Shown here piece by piece: positions 59,417 to 64,000 of a stretch of 64,000 nt of DNA. A model generated the notes under the pieces. It searched no databases. It worked only from the letters and a program-made list of their open reading frames with translations, and was not told the DNA's origin. Numbering within the stretch: position 1 is the first letter of the stretch; every line of letters starts with the position of its first letter. The translations under genes were made by a program, and so were the position numbers. This DNA comes from Rhynchopus sp. YZ270_cl-10 (lineage: Eukaryota): assembly GCA_964035575.1 (NCBI GenBank), contig OZ037841.1, positions 1 through 64,000 of the forward strand, in the 5' to 3' direction.

Positions 59417-62400
59417 TGCGGGTGTGGCGGGTCTGCGGGTCTGCGGGTCGGCGGGTCTGCGGGTGTGGTGTGTGTGGGTGTGGCGGGTCTGCGGGTCTGC
59501 GGGTCTGCGGGTCTGCGGGTGTGGTGTGTGTGGGTGTGGCGGGTCTGCGGGTCTGCGGGTCTGCGGGTCTGCGGGTGTGGTGTGTGTGGGTGTGGCGGGT
59601 CTGCGGGTCTGCGGGTCTGCGGGTCTGCGGGTCTGCGGGTGTGGTGTGTGTGGGTGTGGCGGGTCTGCGGGTCTGCGGGTCTGCGGGTCTGCGGGTGTGG
59701 TGTGTGTGGGTGTGGCGGGTCTGCGGGTCTGCGGGTCTGCGGGTCTGCGGGTCTGCGGGTCTGCGGGTCTGCGGGTCTGCGGGTCTGCGGGTGTGGTGTG
59801 TGTGGGTGTGGCGGGTCTGCGGGTCTGCGGGTCTGCGGGTCTGCGGGTGTGGTGTGTGTGGGTGTGGCGGGTCTGCGGGTCTGCGGGTCTGCGGGTGTGG
59901 TGTGTGTGGGTGTGGCGGGTCTGCGGGTCTGCGGGTCGGCGGGTCTGCGGGTGTGGTGTGTGTGGGTGTGGCGGGTCTGCGGGTCTGCGGGTCTGCGGGT
60001 CTGCGGGTCTGCGGGTCTGCGGGTCTGCGGGTCTGCGGGTCTGCGGGTCTGCGGGTCTGCGGGTCTGCGGGTCTGCGGGTCTGCGGGTCTGCGGGTCTGC
60101 GGGTCTGCGGGTGTGGTGTGTGTGGGTGTGGCGGGTCTGCGGGTCGGCGGGTCTGCGGGTGTGGTGTGTGTGGGTGTGGCGGGTCTGCGGGTCTGCGGGT
60201 CTGCGGGTCTGCGGGTCTGCGGGTCTGCGGGTCTGCGGGTCTGCGGGTCTGCGGGTGTGGTGTGTGTGGGTGTGGCGGGTCTGCGGGTCTGCGGGTCGGC
60301 GGGTCTGCGGGTGTGGTGTGTGTGGGTGTGGCGGGTCTGCGGGTCTGCGGGTCTGCGGGTCTGCGGGTCTGCGGGTCTGCGGGTCTGCGGGTCTGCGGGT
60401 CTGCGGGTCTGCGGGTCTGCGGGTCTGCGGGTCTGCGGGTCTGCGGGTCTGCGGGTGTGGTGTGTGTGGGTGTGGCGGGTCTGCGGGTCTGCGGGTCTGC
60501 GGGTCTGCGGGTCTGCGGGTCTGCGGGTGTGGTGTGTGTGGGTGTGGCGGGTCTGCGGGTCTGCGGGTCTGCGGGTCTGCGGGTCTGCGGGTCTGCGGGT
60601 CTGCGGGTCTGCGGGTCTGCGGGTCTGCGGGTGTGGTGTGTGTGGGTGTGGCGGGTCTGCGGGTCTGCGGGTCTGCGGGTCTGCGGGTCTGCGGGTGTGG
60701 TGTGTGTGGGTGTGGCGGGTCTGCGGGTCTGCGGGTCTGCGGTTCTGCGGGTCTGCGGGTGTGGTGTGTGTGGGTGTGGCGGGTCTGCGGGTCTGCGGGT
60801 CTGCGGGTCTGCGGGTCTGCGGGTCTGCGGGTCTGCGGGTGTGGTGTGTGTGGGTGTGGCGGGTCTGCGGGTCTGCGGGTCTGCGGGTCGGCGGGTCTGC
60901 GGGTGTGGTGTGTGTGGGTGTGGCGGGTCTGCGGGTCTGCGGGTCGGCGGGTCTGCGGGTGTGGTGTGTGTGGGTGTGGCGGGTCTGCGGGTCTGCGGGT
61001 GTGGTGTGTGTGGGTGTGGCGGGTCTGCGGGTCTGCGGGTCGGCGGGTCTGCGGGTGTGGTGTGTGTGAGTGTGGCGGGTCTGCGGGTCTGCGGGTCTGC
61101 GGGTCTGCGGGTCTGCGGGTCTGCGGGTCTGCGGGTCTGCGGGTCTGCGGGTCTGCGGGTCTGCGGGTCTGCGGGTGTGGTGTGTGTGGGTGTGGCGGGT
61201 CTGCGGGTCTGCGGGTCTGCGGGTCTGCGGGTCTGCGGGTCTGCGGGTCGGCGGGTCGGCGGGTCTGCGGGTGTGGTGTGTGTGGGTGTGGCGGGTCAGC
61301 GGGTCTGCGGGTCTGCGGGTCTGCGGGTCTGCGGGTCTGCGGGTCTGCGGGTCTGCGGGTCTGCGGGTCGGCGGGTCTGCGGGTGTGGTGTGTGTGGGTG
61401 TGGCGGGTCTGCGGGTCTGCGGGTCTGCGGGTCTGCGGGTCTGCGGGTCTGCGGGTCGGCGGGTCTGCGGGTGTGGTGTGTGTGGGTGTGGCGGGTCTGC
61501 GGGTCTGCGGGTCTGCGGGTCTGCGGGTCTGCGGGTCTGCGGGTCTGCGGGTCTGCGGGTCTGCGGGTCTGCGGGTCTGCGGGTCTGCGGGTCTGCGGGT
61601 CTGCGGGTCTGCGGGTCTGCGGGTCTGCGGGTGTGGTGTGTGTGGGTGTGGCGGGTCTGCGGGTCTGCGGGTCTGCGGGTCTGCGGGTCTGCGGGTCTGC
61701 GGGTCTGCGGGTCTGCGGGTCTGCGTGTCTGCGGGTCTGCGGGTCTGCGGGTCTGCGGGTGTGGTGTGTGTGGGTGTGGCGGGTCTGCGGGTCTGCGGGT
61801 CTGCGGGTCTGCGGGTCTGCGGGTCTGCGGGTCTGCGGGTCTGCGGGTCTGCGGGTCTGCGGGTCTGCGGGTCTGCGGGTCTGCGGGTCTGCGGGTCTGC
61901 GGGTCTGCGGGTCGGCGGGTCGGCGGGTCTGCGGGTGTGGTGTGTGTGGGTGTGGCGGGTCAGCGGGTCAGCGGGTCTGCGGGTCTGCGGGTCTGCGGGT
62001 CTGCGGGTCTGCGGGTCTGCGGGTCTGCGGGTCGGCGGGTCTGCGGGTGTGGTGTGTGTGGGTGTGGCGGGTCTGCGGGTCTGCGGGTCTGCGGGTCTGC
62101 GGGTCTGCGGGTCTGCGGGTCTGCGGGTCTGCGGGTCTGCGGGTCTGCGTGTCTGCGGGTCTGCGGGTCTGCGGGTCTGCGGGTCTGCGGGTCTGCGGGT
62201 CTGCGGGTCTGCGGGTCTGCGGGTCTGCGGGTCTGCGGGTCTGCGGGTCTGCGGGTCTGCGGGTCTGCGGGTCTGCGGGTCTGCGGGTCTGCGGGTCTGC
62301 GGGTCGGCGGGTCGGCGGGTCTGCGGGTGTGGTGTGTGTGGGTGTGGCGGGTCAGCGGGTCTGCGGGTCTGCGGGTCTGCGGGTCTGCGGGTCTGCGGGT

Positions 62401-62720
62401 CTGCGGGTCTGCGGGTCTGCGGGTCGGCGGGTCTGCGGGTGTGGTGTGTGTGGGTGTGGCGGGTCTGCGGGTCTGCGGGTCTGCGGGTCTGCGGGTCTGC
62501 GGGTCGGCGGGTCTGCGGGTGTGGTGTGTGTGGGTGTGGCGGGTCTGCGGGTCTGCGGGTCTGCGGGTCTGCGGGTCTGCGGGTCTGCGGGTCTGCGGGT
62601 CTGCGGGTCTGCGGGTCTGCGGGTCTGCGGGTCTGCGGGTCTGCGGGTCTGCGGGTCTGCGGGTCTGCGGGTCTGCGGGTCTGCGGGTCTGCGGGTCTGC
62701 GGGTCTGCGGGTCTGCGGGT
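59417..62720. repeat. Compound (GCGGGTCT)n / TG-rich 24-mer satellite, copy 2
   Basis: Read directly. Confidence 0.97.
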
Positions 62721-63324
62721 ATGATGGCAAAACATGGCAAATGATGGCAAATCATGGCAAATCATGGCAAATCCTGGCAAAACAATGCAAATGATGGCAA
62801 ATCCTGGCAAATGATGGCAAATGATGGCAAATGATGGCAAATCATGGCAAAACATGGCAAATCATGGCAAATCATGGTAAATCCCAAGTTAGCCATAAAA
62901 CTGATATCCAAAAAATATTTACAATGTTCGGAAATTTTGAACAGTATTTATGTGGGGTGGTTTTTGGGCCCAAAATTTCAACACAGTGTCTCCACTGGGG
63001 AAATTGCGTCAATTTAAGTGGGATAAGTGCTATGTGGCGAAAAAAATCGAAAATTTTGAAATTTGTTCACTACAGTGGGAAAATAGTGCAAATCATGGCA
63101 AATCATGGCAAAGCATGGCAAATCATGGCAAATCATGGCAAATGATGGCAAATCATGGCAAATCATGGCAAATGATGGCAAATGATGGCAAATGATGGCA
63201 AATCATGGCAAATTATGGCAAATGATGGCAAATCATGGCAAATGATGGGAAATCATGGCAAATGATGGCAAATCATGGCAAAGCATGGCAAATGATGGCA
63301 AATCCTGGCAAATGATGGGAAATC
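62721..63324. repeat. 10-bp (ATGGCAAATS)n satellite with one ~215-bp insert
   Basis: Read directly. Confidence 0.95.
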
Positions 63325-63325
63325 A

Positions 63326-63787
63326 TTGACACTCCGTGACACTTTTCAGAACACTTCTGATACTGATGCCCCTGAAGTTGTAGAGACCTCAGTCGCTGGA
63401 GTGAATACGCTTCTACCCGATGTGAGCAGCTTGCAGGCTACTCACAAAAATATTCTTGGGGATCACATTGCAATGGTGGTGGTGATGGAGTACCAGAAGA
63501 GGGGTCTGCCTCATGCTAATGCAATTCTTTGGAACAACAACAGAACATCACCGAAGAATCCTTTAAATGTGGGTCACATCGTACAACTCCCTGGACCAGC
63601 ACACCCAAACCTCTACAAAGCTTTCAGTCAGTATCTGATGAACAACAGGTGGATGGTTCATTACAATCTTCTCCTGAAATATCGGCGCCACAGAAACAAT
63701 GAGGAAGTGCGCGGGGTCCTTGTTGTTAAGTATTTGTTTAAATACTTATTCAAGGGTGAGCCTGTGACAGGTCTATTGATGCAATGA
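63326..63787 (+). pseudogene. Helitron Rep relic, copy 2
   Basis: Identical translation to 57043-57504. Confidence 0.88.
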
Positions 63788-64000
63788 TTTGTGTGGTAGA
63801 GTTGTGAACATTAAGGATAAAATAAGAAAACAAATAAAAAATAGCGATAAGTGGGGAGATGTCTTTGTGGGCTTGCGGGTTTGCGGGTTTTTTTGTCTCA
63901 GTTAATTTTTGTTTTTGCAAAGGAAATCTCTTGTGATGAAGAAAACATTATTTTTGGGGAGTTTGTTGTTAATTGCATAAAAAGAAAAGAAAAAAAGAAA

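Larger units (their letters stand above)
59370..64000. mobile_element. Unit C, copy 2 (runs off the window)
   Basis: Same left end, compound satellite, 10-bp satellite with one insert, Rep relic and downstream sequence as copy 1. Confidence 0.65.

Noticed and set aside
51014..62855. 1000-1400 aa ORFs of (RVCGSAGL)n / (PQTRRPAD)n and MANHGK-type ORFs
   Set aside because: Satellite translations open on both strands, with no coding signal.

Overview
Eukaryotic chromosome end, probably a protist given the short GTATGT...AG introns of 44-77 nt and the standard genetic code. A (CCCCATA)n/(TATGGGG)n telomere-like tract (1-160) is followed by a subtelomere built almost entirely of Helitron-type rolling-circle elements stacked head-to-tail. 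Every intact element terminus abuts a (GCGGGTTT)n tract at the same register (GCGGGTT|TGCGGG) with no target duplication, which suggests a microsatellite-targeted, subtelomere-building Helitron system. There are two diverged autonomous-type families, A and B. Each encodes a C2H2-ZnF/HUH-Rep/PIF1-helicase protein that splices through three conserved introns to a C-terminal OTU protease domain. A separate spliced coiled-coil plus zinc-finger accessory gene lies upstream. Also present are deletion derivatives (two retain a stand-alone intact OTU gene), an A/B chimera, a CRE-like non-LTR RT fragment and several satellites (349, ~172, 10 and 8 bp). Two copies of a satellite-rich non-autonomous unit carry a Rep relic; the complete copy also has a catalytically degenerate tyrosine-recombinase-like ORF. 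A 200-N gap at 15206-15405 joins non-contiguous pieces. All calls come from reading the sequence; no database searches were run.
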